From Nitrospirales bacterium (GTDB lineage: Bacteria > Nitrospirota > Nitrospiria > Nitrospirales > UBA8639), in NCBI GenBank assembly GCA_012270585.1, contig JAAXIB010000020.1:13187-77186 (forward strand): a stretch of 64,000 nt of DNA. The letters run 5' to 3'. Shown here in pieces: positions 47,586 to 55,015 of this stretch. Under the pieces are notes generated by a model. That model was not told the origin of the DNA and did no database searches. It worked only from the letters and a program-made list of their open reading frames with translations. The position numbers and the translations under genes were made by a program. Position 1 is the first letter of the stretch. Each line of letters begins with the position of its first letter.

Positions 47586-48887
47586 TTATTCGTCTTTCGT
47601 TCTTTGAAACACCGTTACCCCGACGACCATTGTCCGGACCGCCGCACCGCGAAGTCGCCACCCCGCAAACGGGCTGTTCCGCCCCTTCGACCGAAACCGT
47701 TCCGGATCAACCGTCCATTCCATCCTTGGATCGATCAACACCACATCAGCCTGTGCCCCGGCGGCCAACGTCCCGCACGATAGACCCAACAAACGGGCCG
47801 GGGCTGACGTCAGTTTTTCTATCATGGATTCCAGGGACAACAGGCTCTCTTCTACCAGCCGAAGAGAAAGCCCTAAGGCCGTTTCAAGTCCGACTATTCC
47901 AAAAGGAGCCTTGGACAATCCCCACTGCTTCTCATAGGCAGCATGCGGAGCATGATCGGTGGCTATGGCATCAATGGTGCCATCCTGCAACCCGTCGCGG
48001 ACCGCCTGGATATCCGCATTTCGACGGAGGGGAGGATTCATTTTCGCCAATGCGCCTCGGTCCCGCACCGCCTCTTCGGTCAGCATGAAATGATGGGGGC
48101 AAGCTTCCGCAGTCACCCGAATTCCGGCGACCTTGGCCGTCCGGACGGCCTCCACCGCATTCGCCGTACTGATATGCGCGATATGCAGATGGCATTCCGT
48201 TGCCTTGGACAACGCGATATCCCGTTTCACCATCTTGGATTCCGCTTCAGAAGGGATGCCTCGGACTCCCAAGAGACGGGAAAGGGGGCCCTCAGCCATA
48301 CATCCGCACCCGGCCAATGACAGATCTTCGCAATGATCGATCACCGGCAGATCCAAGGCCCGAGCCTCTAACATCGCCTGTCGCATGACGGCATTTTTCA
48401 TCACGGGACGGCCATCATCCGAGACAGCCACACATCCGGCCCCACGTAAGCCCCGAAGGTCTGCCGGCTCTTTCCCTTGTAATCCTTTGGTGATGGCCCC
48501 GATTGGATGTACGCGAACCAACCCGGTAGCATGCACACGGTCGTGGATGGTCTGGGTCACAGCAGGGGAATCATTAACGGGATTAGTATTGGGCATGCAA
48601 CAGACGGTCGTAAACCCACCGGCAGCGGCTGCAGCGGTCCCAGTCTCAATGGTTTCTTTGTACTCGAACCCCGGTTCCCGGAGATGGACGTGCAGATCCA
48701 CCAAACCTGGCGCCACAATCAACCCGTCGGCCTTGAAGTGGTCGGCATGTGAGGGAAGAGCCGTCTGTGGAGGCGTCACCTCGGCGATACGACCCTGCCT
48801 GATCCAGACATCCCCCCTACCGTTCCATCGTCCAGGGTCGATAACCCAACCGCTTACGATGATGAATAAATCGGCAGGATGGTTCAG
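47586..48887 (-). CDS. pyrC: dihydroorotase (island copy); start codon unresolved
   Basis: ...DLHVHLREPGFEYKETIETGTAAAAAGGFTTVCCMPNTNP..., ...ATDHAPH.... The track ORF extends into the ZIP gene. No ATG/GTG/TTG lies between the ZIP stop and the conserved N-terminus; CTG at 48887 after GGGGGA is the best candidate. Confidence 0.8.
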   Translation of the reverse strand: MNHPADLFIIVSGWVIDPGRWNGRGDVWIRQGRIAEVTPPQTALPSHADHFKADGLIVAPGLVDLHVHLREPGFEYKETIETGTAAAAAGGFTTVCCMPNTNPVNDSPAVTQTIHDRVHATGLVRVHPIGAITKGLQGKEPADLRGLRGAGCVAVSDDGRPVMKNAVMRQAMLEARALDLPVIDHCEDLSLAGCGCMAEGPLSRLLGVRGIPSEAESKMVKRDIALSKATECHLHIAHISTANAVEAVRTAKVAGIRVTAEACPHHFMLTEEAVRDRGALAKMNPPLRRNADIQAVRDGLQDGTIDAIATDHAPHAAYEKQWGLSKAPFGIVGLETALGLSLRLVEESLLSLESMIEKLTSAPARLLGLSCGTLAAGAQADVVLIDPRMEWTVDPERFRSKGRNSPFAGWRLRGAAVRTMVVGVTVFQRTKDE

Positions 48888-48895
48888 GGATCCCC

Positions 48896-49690
48896 CTAGT
48901 GCGGGAACATGGTCAGCATGCCGATGGTCACCATTCCGGTCAGCATCATGGCAAACGGCCAAGCCCCACTGGCCGCCCCGTGTCGGCCATGTAAGCCGGG
49001 AACCAGATCGGCAAGACCGATATACAAAAAACTGGCGGCGGCCAACATCAGGGCATAGGGCACGATCGGCTCCGCATAGGCCAAGCCCCCAAACGCCAAC
49101 ACCACCCCTGCGAGGGTCGCCATACCAGACAGGGTATTGGCCCAAAACGCCTGCCACCGGGAAAATCCGCTCGACAGCAGAATGGTGAAGTCACTCAACT
49201 CCTGCGGAATTTCATGACCCAGAACCGCCAACGTCGTGACCAGACCCAGAGCAGGGGATACGACACAAGCCACGCCGATGGCAATACCATCGGCAAAGTT
49301 ATGAACAGCATCGCCGACCAGGATCAATGTTCCGGCTTCTCGGCGAACCGTCAGGCCCTTCGCATGCCCGTGAGGCTTGAGCTCAGCAGCCTCCCCGTGC
49401 GCATGACGCCAGATCACCATCCATTCCAGAACAAAGAACAGGACCAGCCCCGCCAACAAAGCGATGCCCGCCTCATTAATCGAAATGTCTTCGAGTGCCT
49501 CGGGAAGCAGCCCGATGGTCGCGGTCGCCAGCATCGTGCCGGTCGCAAATCCCAGCAGATTCGGCATCATCCATTGCCGCCACCCATCCGGAATAAACAG
49601 AATCAGACCGGCAGGTAATAAGGCGCCCAAGCTGCCCAGTAACCCCATCAAGACGACAAACATCCATGTGGATTCTTGGGGCAGGTTCAC
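48896..49690 (-). CDS. ZIP-family (ZupT/GufA-like) divalent metal transporter
   Basis: 264 aa, about 8 TM. ...GDAVHNFADGIAIG..., ...LAVLGHEIPQELSDF.... Histidine-containing loop HAHGEAAELKPHGHAKG. Confidence 0.85.
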   Translation of the reverse strand: MNLPQESTWMFVVLMGLLGSLGALLPAGLILFIPDGWRQWMMPNLLGFATGTMLATATIGLLPEALEDISINEAGIALLAGLVLFFVLEWMVIWRHAHGEAAELKPHGHAKGLTVRREAGTLILVGDAVHNFADGIAIGVACVVSPALGLVTTLAVLGHEIPQELSDFTILLSSGFSRWQAFWANTLSGMATLAGVVLAFGGLAYAEPIVPYALMLAAASFLYIGLADLVPGLHGRHGAASGAWPFAMMLTGMVTIGMLTMFPH

Positions 49691-49753
49691 GCGTTTGGTC
49701 CGATCTGGTCAGGGCCACAGACCTGACCATGATACATCGAACCCCACTTGGTG

Positions 49754-50332
49754 TTAGCCATGCCCATGGACCGGTGGCTGTTCATGTTTGACACGTGGCA
49801 ATAATTCGGTGAGGTTGCAAGGGCGATGATCTATGTCGAGCTGGGGAAGGATGATCTGTTCCATGCCCAAGCGGCAGGCTCCGGTCGACCCCGGCAGCAG
49901 AAACACAATGGTGTCGCCGCACACCCCGGCATCCGCCCGGGATTGAATGGTAGAGGTCCTGATTTCACGGTAACTCAGCCAGCGAAATAATTCACCGAAG
50001 CCCGGAATCGGCTTGGAAAACAGCGAACGGATGGCCTCCGGCGTCACATCCCGTTGGGTCACGCCGGTCCCGCCCGTCACGATCACGAATTCCACCGCCG
50101 GGTCCGCCACCCAGGCGGCGATCGTTTCCCGAATGGTCTCATATTCATCCGGACACAGTTTGCGGTCGACCACACGATGCCCAGACCACATCAATCGATC
50201 AACAATGGTGGATCCACTCGTATCCGTTTCGATCGTTCTGGAATCTGAGACCGTCAAGACCGCCACCGCCACGCTGAGGCCGGCTCTTTTAAAGTCTGCT
50301 GTTTCCGTGGTTGCACCGTCTGCCTGACTCAT
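49754..50332 (-). CDS. moaB: MoaB/MogA-type molybdenum cofactor biosynthesis protein
   Basis: ...[10 protein letters not shown]...DTSG..., ...[18 protein letters not shown]..., ...[11 protein letters not shown].... His-containing tail ...[10 protein letters not shown]. Confidence 0.7.
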   Translation of the reverse strand: MSQADGATTETADFKRAGLSVAVAVLTVSDSRTIETDTSGSTIVDRLMWSGHRVVDRKLCPDEYETIRETIAAWVADPAVEFVIVTGGTGVTQRDVTPEAIRSLFSKPIPGFGELFRWLSYREIRTSTIQSRADAGVCGDTIVFLLPGSTGACRLGMEQIILPQLDIDHRPCNLTELLPRVKHEQPPVHGHG

Positions 50333-51024
50333 CCCATCACCTCATGGTTCGATAACATGATCATCCGTGTGCTGACTCTGCCGTTCTCTCCGAATGACAC
50401 GCGCCGGCCGGCCGGAATCCAGATGCCGGCCACCTCCACAAATTCGTTGACATAACTTTCCATCCCGATCACCGTCTGACCATCCAGCGAAAAGTAGGTC
50501 ATCACGTAATGACTGGACACTTGCCGGCCATCCGGGGCGGTGTCGTACCGTTCTATGGTATTCACCCGACGTTCGGCCATGGGGGTGATGCGTCCGATTT
50601 GCGTATATTGTCGGTTCTTGATGCGGTACCAGGACTCGAGTCGTCCTCCGGTCAACAGCACACGGCGCCCCCGGGGATGAGCACAACCGGCATCCTCTTC
50701 GGAATCGAAGGATAAGATGTAGCGGCCGTCACCATCCTCAAACGGCGAATAGGCCAAATGCATTCCCTGCGTCCACAACCGTTCGCGCACCCATTCCTGT
50801 AACGCCGGATCAGCACCCGGCAAGTCCACGGTGGTTTCTTTTCGAGGCACCAGATGAACCGCTCCCCAGACAATCGTTCCGTTGTGGTTGAGGGTGACGT
50901 CGGCTCGATACCCGCCAAACTCTTTGGGCCACTTGTACATCCGGGCATGGGCCTCTCTGACCAGACGTCGCACCTCGGGGTCGTCGGTCAGCTTCAGGCC
51001 GTTTGCTATTGTTGCGTCAGTCAC
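50329..51024 (-). CDS. hypothetical protein, possibly DUF3386-like
   Basis: 231 aa. ...[27 protein letters not shown]... resembles my recollection of DUF3386. 4-nt overlap with moaB. Confidence 0.4.
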   Translation of the reverse strand: MTDATIANGLKLTDDPEVRRLVREAHARMYKWPKEFGGYRADVTLNHNGTIVWGAVHLVPRKETTVDLPGADPALQEWVRERLWTQGMHLAYSPFEDGDGRYILSFDSEEDAGCAHPRGRRVLLTGGRLESWYRIKNRQYTQIGRITPMAERRVNTIERYDTAPDGRQVSSHYVMTYFSLDGQTVIGMESYVNEFVEVAGIWIPAGRRVSFGENGRVSTRMIMLSNHEVMG

Positions 51025-51041
51025 GCCGTTTCCCGGTTTTC

Positions 51042-51338
51042 CTATACATCGTGGCTTCTATCATCATGATGATGTTCCCCATCCAGCGCCATGGTTTGCA
51101 CATCCTGTTGCGTCACCTCATCCGCCGTTTTATGAATCTTGAACTGGGTCGTCTTTCCCGGCCCTTCCAAAAGCGCAATGACCGTTTCAATGGGCGGACA
51201 ACCGGGCTCCCGGCACTCCAATTCGGTCACCATGACCGTGGTCTCTTCCGGCAAAGACCAGGCCGAACGAACCCAGGATTTGATGCGATCCGCCTGATCC
51301 GGATCAATGCGGGGGCGCCCTCCAAATAAATTCATCAT
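51042..51338 (-). CDS. hypothetical small protein with His-rich C-terminus
   Basis: 98 aa. ...VTELECREPGCPPIETVIALLEG..., tail ...DGEHHHDDRSHDV. 4-nt overlap with the WD40 gene. Confidence 0.45.
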   Translation of the reverse strand: MMNLFGGRPRIDPDQADRIKSWVRSAWSLPEETTVMVTELECREPGCPPIETVIALLEGPGKTTQFKIHKTADEVTQQDVQTMALDGEHHHDDRSHDV

Positions 51339-52390
51339 TTCTCTCCCACGCCTTCCACGGCAAAGAGCGCCACCGTTCCGTCATCGGCGCCCGCCGCCAG
51401 ACAGACATCAATCGGACTCCAGGCCGCACAGGACAATCCTCTCGACACACGCAGTTCCTGACTCACCATCGGCTTCTTCTTCCCTGGCTCCCACAAGCAG
51501 AGCACCCCGTCCTCCCCTACCGTAGCCACCACCCGCTGACGAGGGTGACAGGCAATTGCTTGAATCCACCCCAGATGGCCGCTCAAAAGCCGACCATTGG
51601 ATCCTTCGAAGTTTTGGGCCGACCACGTCACCAAATCAGGACCGGCTGCTGTCCATAAAGATTCTCCATAGGGATCGAAGACCACATGCCCGACCTTGCA
51701 GGGATATCCGGCCATATGCCAATTCCGCTTGGTCGAGACACTCCATAAATGGACCGACCCGTCCAAATTTCCCGCTGCCAGATATTGCCCGGTCGCACTG
51801 ATTGATAACGACAGGAGGGCTCCATCGTAGGGAAACGTATTCACGGGGGAGTCCATCCCGACCTGCCATAAGGTGACTCCTCCGAAACAGGAGGAAAATA
51901 TTTGGCCCGGATATCCTTTTCGCCAACAAAGATCGGACACCGAACTCTTATGATCAGAGGTCTCCCATTCCACAGAACACCCGCCCGACTCCGACCACTT
52001 CAGGATCTGCAGGGTTTTTCCCGCGGTCATCGCCAATCGTTCGCCGCCGGGCTCCCACGCCAGATGTTCCACCCAGCCTTTTCCATCTCCAACCGGAACC
52101 ACGGCACGCTCTTCTCCGGAATCGACGTCCCACACACGCCCCACTCCGTCTTCCCCGGCGGTCGCGAGAATTTTTCCTCCGGGATGCCATGCCTCCGCCA
52201 GCACCGCACCCTGATGTTGCGAGATACGGGAGACGCCCTGCTGGGACGATACATGCCACACCGCGACTTGGCCGCTCGCATCTGCGGCCACCAGCCGGCT
52301 GCCGTCCGGGGAGAACCTCACGGCATGGATGTATTCATCCAATTGAAACGTTCCGATCGGCCGCAATCGAACTCCGGCCCGAGGCCGCAC
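51335..52390 (-). CDS. WD40-repeat (beta-propeller) protein
   Basis: Repeated ...SPDGSRLVAADASGQVAVW..., ...GGKILATAGEDGVGRVWD..., ...GQYLAAGNLDGSVHLW..., ...VVATVGEDGVLCLW..., ...LAAGADDGTVALF.... The GTG start at 52390 shares one base with the upstream TAG. Confidence 0.7.
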   Translation of the reverse strand: MRPRAGVRLRPIGTFQLDEYIHAVRFSPDGSRLVAADASGQVAVWHVSSQQGVSRISQHQGAVLAEAWHPGGKILATAGEDGVGRVWDVDSGEERAVVPVGDGKGWVEHLAWEPGGERLAMTAGKTLQILKWSESGGCSVEWETSDHKSSVSDLCWRKGYPGQIFSSCFGGVTLWQVGMDSPVNTFPYDGALLSLSISATGQYLAAGNLDGSVHLWSVSTKRNWHMAGYPCKVGHVVFDPYGESLWTAAGPDLVTWSAQNFEGSNGRLLSGHLGWIQAIACHPRQRVVATVGEDGVLCLWEPGKKKPMVSQELRVSRGLSCAAWSPIDVCLAAGADDGTVALFAVEGVGEK

Positions 52391-53361
52391 TAAACGAGGC
52401 ACGATCGAAATCCTTCGGTCAGTCGGACGCGATCGAGGTTGCGGCCGATGAACACCATTTGGTTCCCTCTCGGCTCCGTGGCCCGCCACGGCCGATCCGG
52501 GCGACCGTCGAACAACATATGCACCCCCTGAAACACGAAGCGCTCATCTTGTCCCTTCACATTCAAAATCCCTTTCATGCGAAAAATATCGGTGCCCATC
52601 CCCGACAAGACCTCCCGCAGCCAATCATTGACTTTGGCCTCGTCCACCTGTCCGGTCTCGGCAATCGACACGGAGTAGACCGACGGATCATGCTCATGCG
52701 CTTCCTCGCCTAAAAAGTTCGGATCGATTTCCAGTTTCCGGCTCAGGTCAAACGCCCCCACATTCAACAACCGTTCGATTTCCAACCGGGCATCACGGGT
52801 CCGGTAGATTTGGGCCATGGCATTGATGGCCCGAACACGGCTCTCCAGCCGCTCCACTTTCCCTTCGTCCACCAGATCGATCTTGTTCAGAAGAATGACA
52901 TCCGCAAAGGCAATTTGTTCCTTGGCCTCTGGACTGGTGTCCAGGTGTTCCCAGATATGCTTGGCATCCACCACCGTCACAATGGCATCCAACATCAACC
53001 GGCGCTTCATGTCATCATCGACGAAAAAGGTCTGTGCGACGGGTGCCGGATCGGCCAACCCCGTGGTCTCGATAACCATATAGTCGAACCGTTCTTTTCG
53101 TTTAAGCAAATTGGAAATAATCCGGATCAGGTCTCCGCGAACGGTACAACAGATGCACCCATTGTTCATTTCAAAGATTTCTTCGTCCGCTCCTACCACC
53201 AGTTGATTATCAATTCCGACTTCACCGAATTCATTCACAATCACCGCCACCCGTTTCCCATGCTCGGTGGTCAGAATACGATTCAACAAGGTTGTTTTGC
53301 CCGCACCAAGAAATCCCGTCAATACAGTGACCGGGACTGGAGCTTGCTCTTCGACTTTCAT
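52390..53361 (-). CDS. COG0523 (CobW/ZigA/YjiA-like) metallochaperone GTPase, paralog 3
   Basis: 323 aa. [25 protein letters not shown], ...[13 protein letters not shown]..., ...LLNKIDLV..., CobW_C domain. AAGGGGG RBS. Confidence 0.9.
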   Translation of the reverse strand: MKVEEQAPVPVTVLTGFLGAGKTTLLNRILTTEHGKRVAVIVNEFGEVGIDNQLVVGADEEIFEMNNGCICCTVRGDLIRIISNLLKRKERFDYMVIETTGLADPAPVAQTFFVDDDMKRRLMLDAIVTVVDAKHIWEHLDTSPEAKEQIAFADVILLNKIDLVDEGKVERLESRVRAINAMAQIYRTRDARLEIERLLNVGAFDLSRKLEIDPNFLGEEAHEHDPSVYSVSIAETGQVDEAKVNDWLREVLSGMGTDIFRMKGILNVKGQDERFVFQGVHMLFDGRPDRPWRATEPRGNQMVFIGRNLDRVRLTEGFRSCLV

Positions 53362-53375
53362 ACTTGCCCCCTTTC

Positions 53376-53438
53376 TGTTCGAACATTTTCCCAGCGCGAC
53401 CGATCCTGCTTATCCTCGCCTCAGGAATGGGCGGTCCG
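53376..53438 (-). promoter_or_regulatory. conserved hairpin element plus adjacent palindromic box, copy B (leader/promoter of the COG0523 operon)
   Basis: Core 53391-53438 on the minus strand: GGACCG-CCCAU-UCCUG-AGGCGAGGAUAAG-CAGGA-U-CGGUC, then GCGCUGGGAAAA. The perfect palindrome TGTTCGAACA (53376-53385) lies 15 nt before the ATG. Confidence 0.45.
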
Positions 53439-54309
53439 TGCGATTCCTAAAACCTCTACTCTGGGACTCCCACGGGTAATGGTGAGTCTTACCCGGACGG
53501 CGAAGCGAACATGAATCGCCTCGGAACTGAAGCAAACTGGTGAGTTAAACTTAGCCGAATATACGAAAACGGCAACGAGATTTTCATGAATGGTCCAATT
53601 GTTTCCTTGATTCTCCCCAATACGGCTATGAAGCAGTCTATTTCATTTTTTCTTCTCCTGGCTGCAAACAGGGGAATCTGTGAGCCCCGTAAGCTTCCCC
53701 GTCAAGGAGACAATTCAATTGACCAACCAGTTTCCCTGAGAAACTGCGCGGTATTTTTGGGGACAATCGGAGGAGGGCGCGACACGGAACGGGAGGGACG
53801 GGTTCACGTCGCGTGATGGGCTCCATGGACGAAGGCGGCCATTCACACCGTGACGCGGAGTGCCCCATCATCGGACTATGTTCCGACACAAATACGGGGC
53901 GACCTGTTCAAAAGTCATGGGTTCGATGGCGTGCATGACAAAAGTTTGCGATCGAAAGACGGTTTTCATGTAGCCCTTTCGATAGGAATGCTGCTACTAT
54001 GGTTGACGGCTGTGGGTCGAGAGTAGCAAAGATCCCGTATTCGTTTGGCCGACGAGACCCCACGGCCGACGACGCGCTGATCAAAAAGATTTCGGACCAC
54101 GTGTCGTGGCCACTTCAGGACCATGGACGTGATGCCCGTCCGCTGAAGTGAAATCCAGGTCTGGCAGATATAGCCTGGCCTGAGCCCCGTAGCACGGAGA
54201 CCCATCCTGCGGGGGCCGCGCCTACGGAGGTGGGAACAAACTTGGGAACACAAATTACATGGTCTGCGAAACGCTACTGTTTATAGGGTTTCGCGCATCA
54301 TTGAAAGAA

Positions 54310-54345
54310 CACCCTCTCCACCATAACGTCGAAAGCTGTACTATA
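54310..54345. repeat. right copy of the att-like direct repeat (partial tRNA-Ser 3' end)
   Basis: CACCCTCTCCACCATAACGTCGAAAGCTGTACTATA; 33/36 identical to 32261-32296. Confidence 0.65.
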
Positions 54346-54424
54346 GGGAGTGGAGCCATGACCTCATGTACTGGCCGGAGAAGAAGGTGGGGTTCGAACC
54401 GGGGGATCTGAAGGGGGTGGGGAG

Positions 54425-54754
54425 ATGCCGAATTTCATGATTGCCTATTACGGAGGAAACAAGCCGAATTCACAAGAAGAAGGTATGGCTCAAATGGAAA
54501 AATGGAATGCTTGGGTTAAAGGTCTCGGTGAAGCGATCGTGAATCCGGGAACACCGTTACCCGTTTCAAAAATTGTCACGTCCAGTCGCGTTGAAGATGA
54601 TACTGATCCGAATTCGATGAAAGGATTTGCCGTTGTGAAGGCAGAAAGCATGGCGGCTGCCGTTGAAATAGCTCAATCCGATCCGTTTTTGGAAAATGGC
54701 GGGACAATCCGCGTTTCTCAGATGATGGAGATGAACGAGCAGGGCTCATGCTGA
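54425..54754 (+). CDS. YCII/DGPF-like small protein
   Basis: 109 aa; MPNFMIAYYGG...MEKWNAWVKGLG..., ...GFAVVKAESMAAAVEIAQSDPFLENGGTIRVSQ.... Confidence 0.55.
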   Translation: MPNFMIAYYGGNKPNSQEEGMAQMEKWNAWVKGLGEAIVNPGTPLPVSKIVTSSRVEDDTDPNSMKGFAVVKAESMAAAVEIAQSDPFLENGGTIRVSQMMEMNEQGSC

Positions 54755-54838
54755 ACATTTGTTTAAGCGCATTAAAGGGGAAGAAAGCCGCCCTTTGTTC
54801 TTCGTCTCCATTTTGCCTTCATCCACCCAAGAGGGAAA

Positions 54839-54939
54839 GGGGCTGGGCCCTGTGCAGCAGAATCTTGTGAACCCCGCCAGGTCCGGAAGGAAGCAACGGT
54901 AAGCAGGCGAGTCTGTGTGCTACAGGATCACCCGGCCCC
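54839..54939 (+). ncRNA. ffs: signal recognition particle RNA (small/4.5S type)
   Basis: GGGGCUGGGCC...GUGAACCCCGCCAGGUCCGGAAGGAAGCAACGGUAAGC...CCCGGCCCC. Contains the conserved domain IV CAGGUCCGGAAGGAAGCA motif, the ends pair, it is followed by GGTTTT, and it sits in the classical position upstream of dnaX. Confidence 0.8.
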
Positions 54940-55015
54940 GGTTTTGACGATCCTCGCGCGTAAAAAGTGATTCCGTGACGGTGCAGCAAGAGATGAAGCG
55001 CGTGATGCAGGACGA

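Noticed and set aside
53362-53560. Cobalamin (or Moco) riboswitch upstream of the CobW-like COG0523 gene.
   Set aside because: A segment (GGAAUCGCACGGACCGCCCAUUCC) superficially resembles the cobalamin core. However, I cannot find the B12 box (AGCCAGGAGACCUGCC-like), GCCACUG, or the GGUG..AAUCC elements. Moco-motif signatures are also absent. It is kept only as an unclassified hairpin element.
53460-54310. Integrase, recombinase or RayT-type transposase remnant at the right end of the island (including ORFs 53638-53889 and 53966-54253).
   Set aside because: Six-frame reading shows no R..H.R.Y recombinase motifs (no HDLRH or LLGH boxes). One frame gives ...RLYLPDLDF...HHV..., vaguely like the YLPHFD...HVTFRL start of REP-associated transposases, but the similarity is too short and too broken to call.
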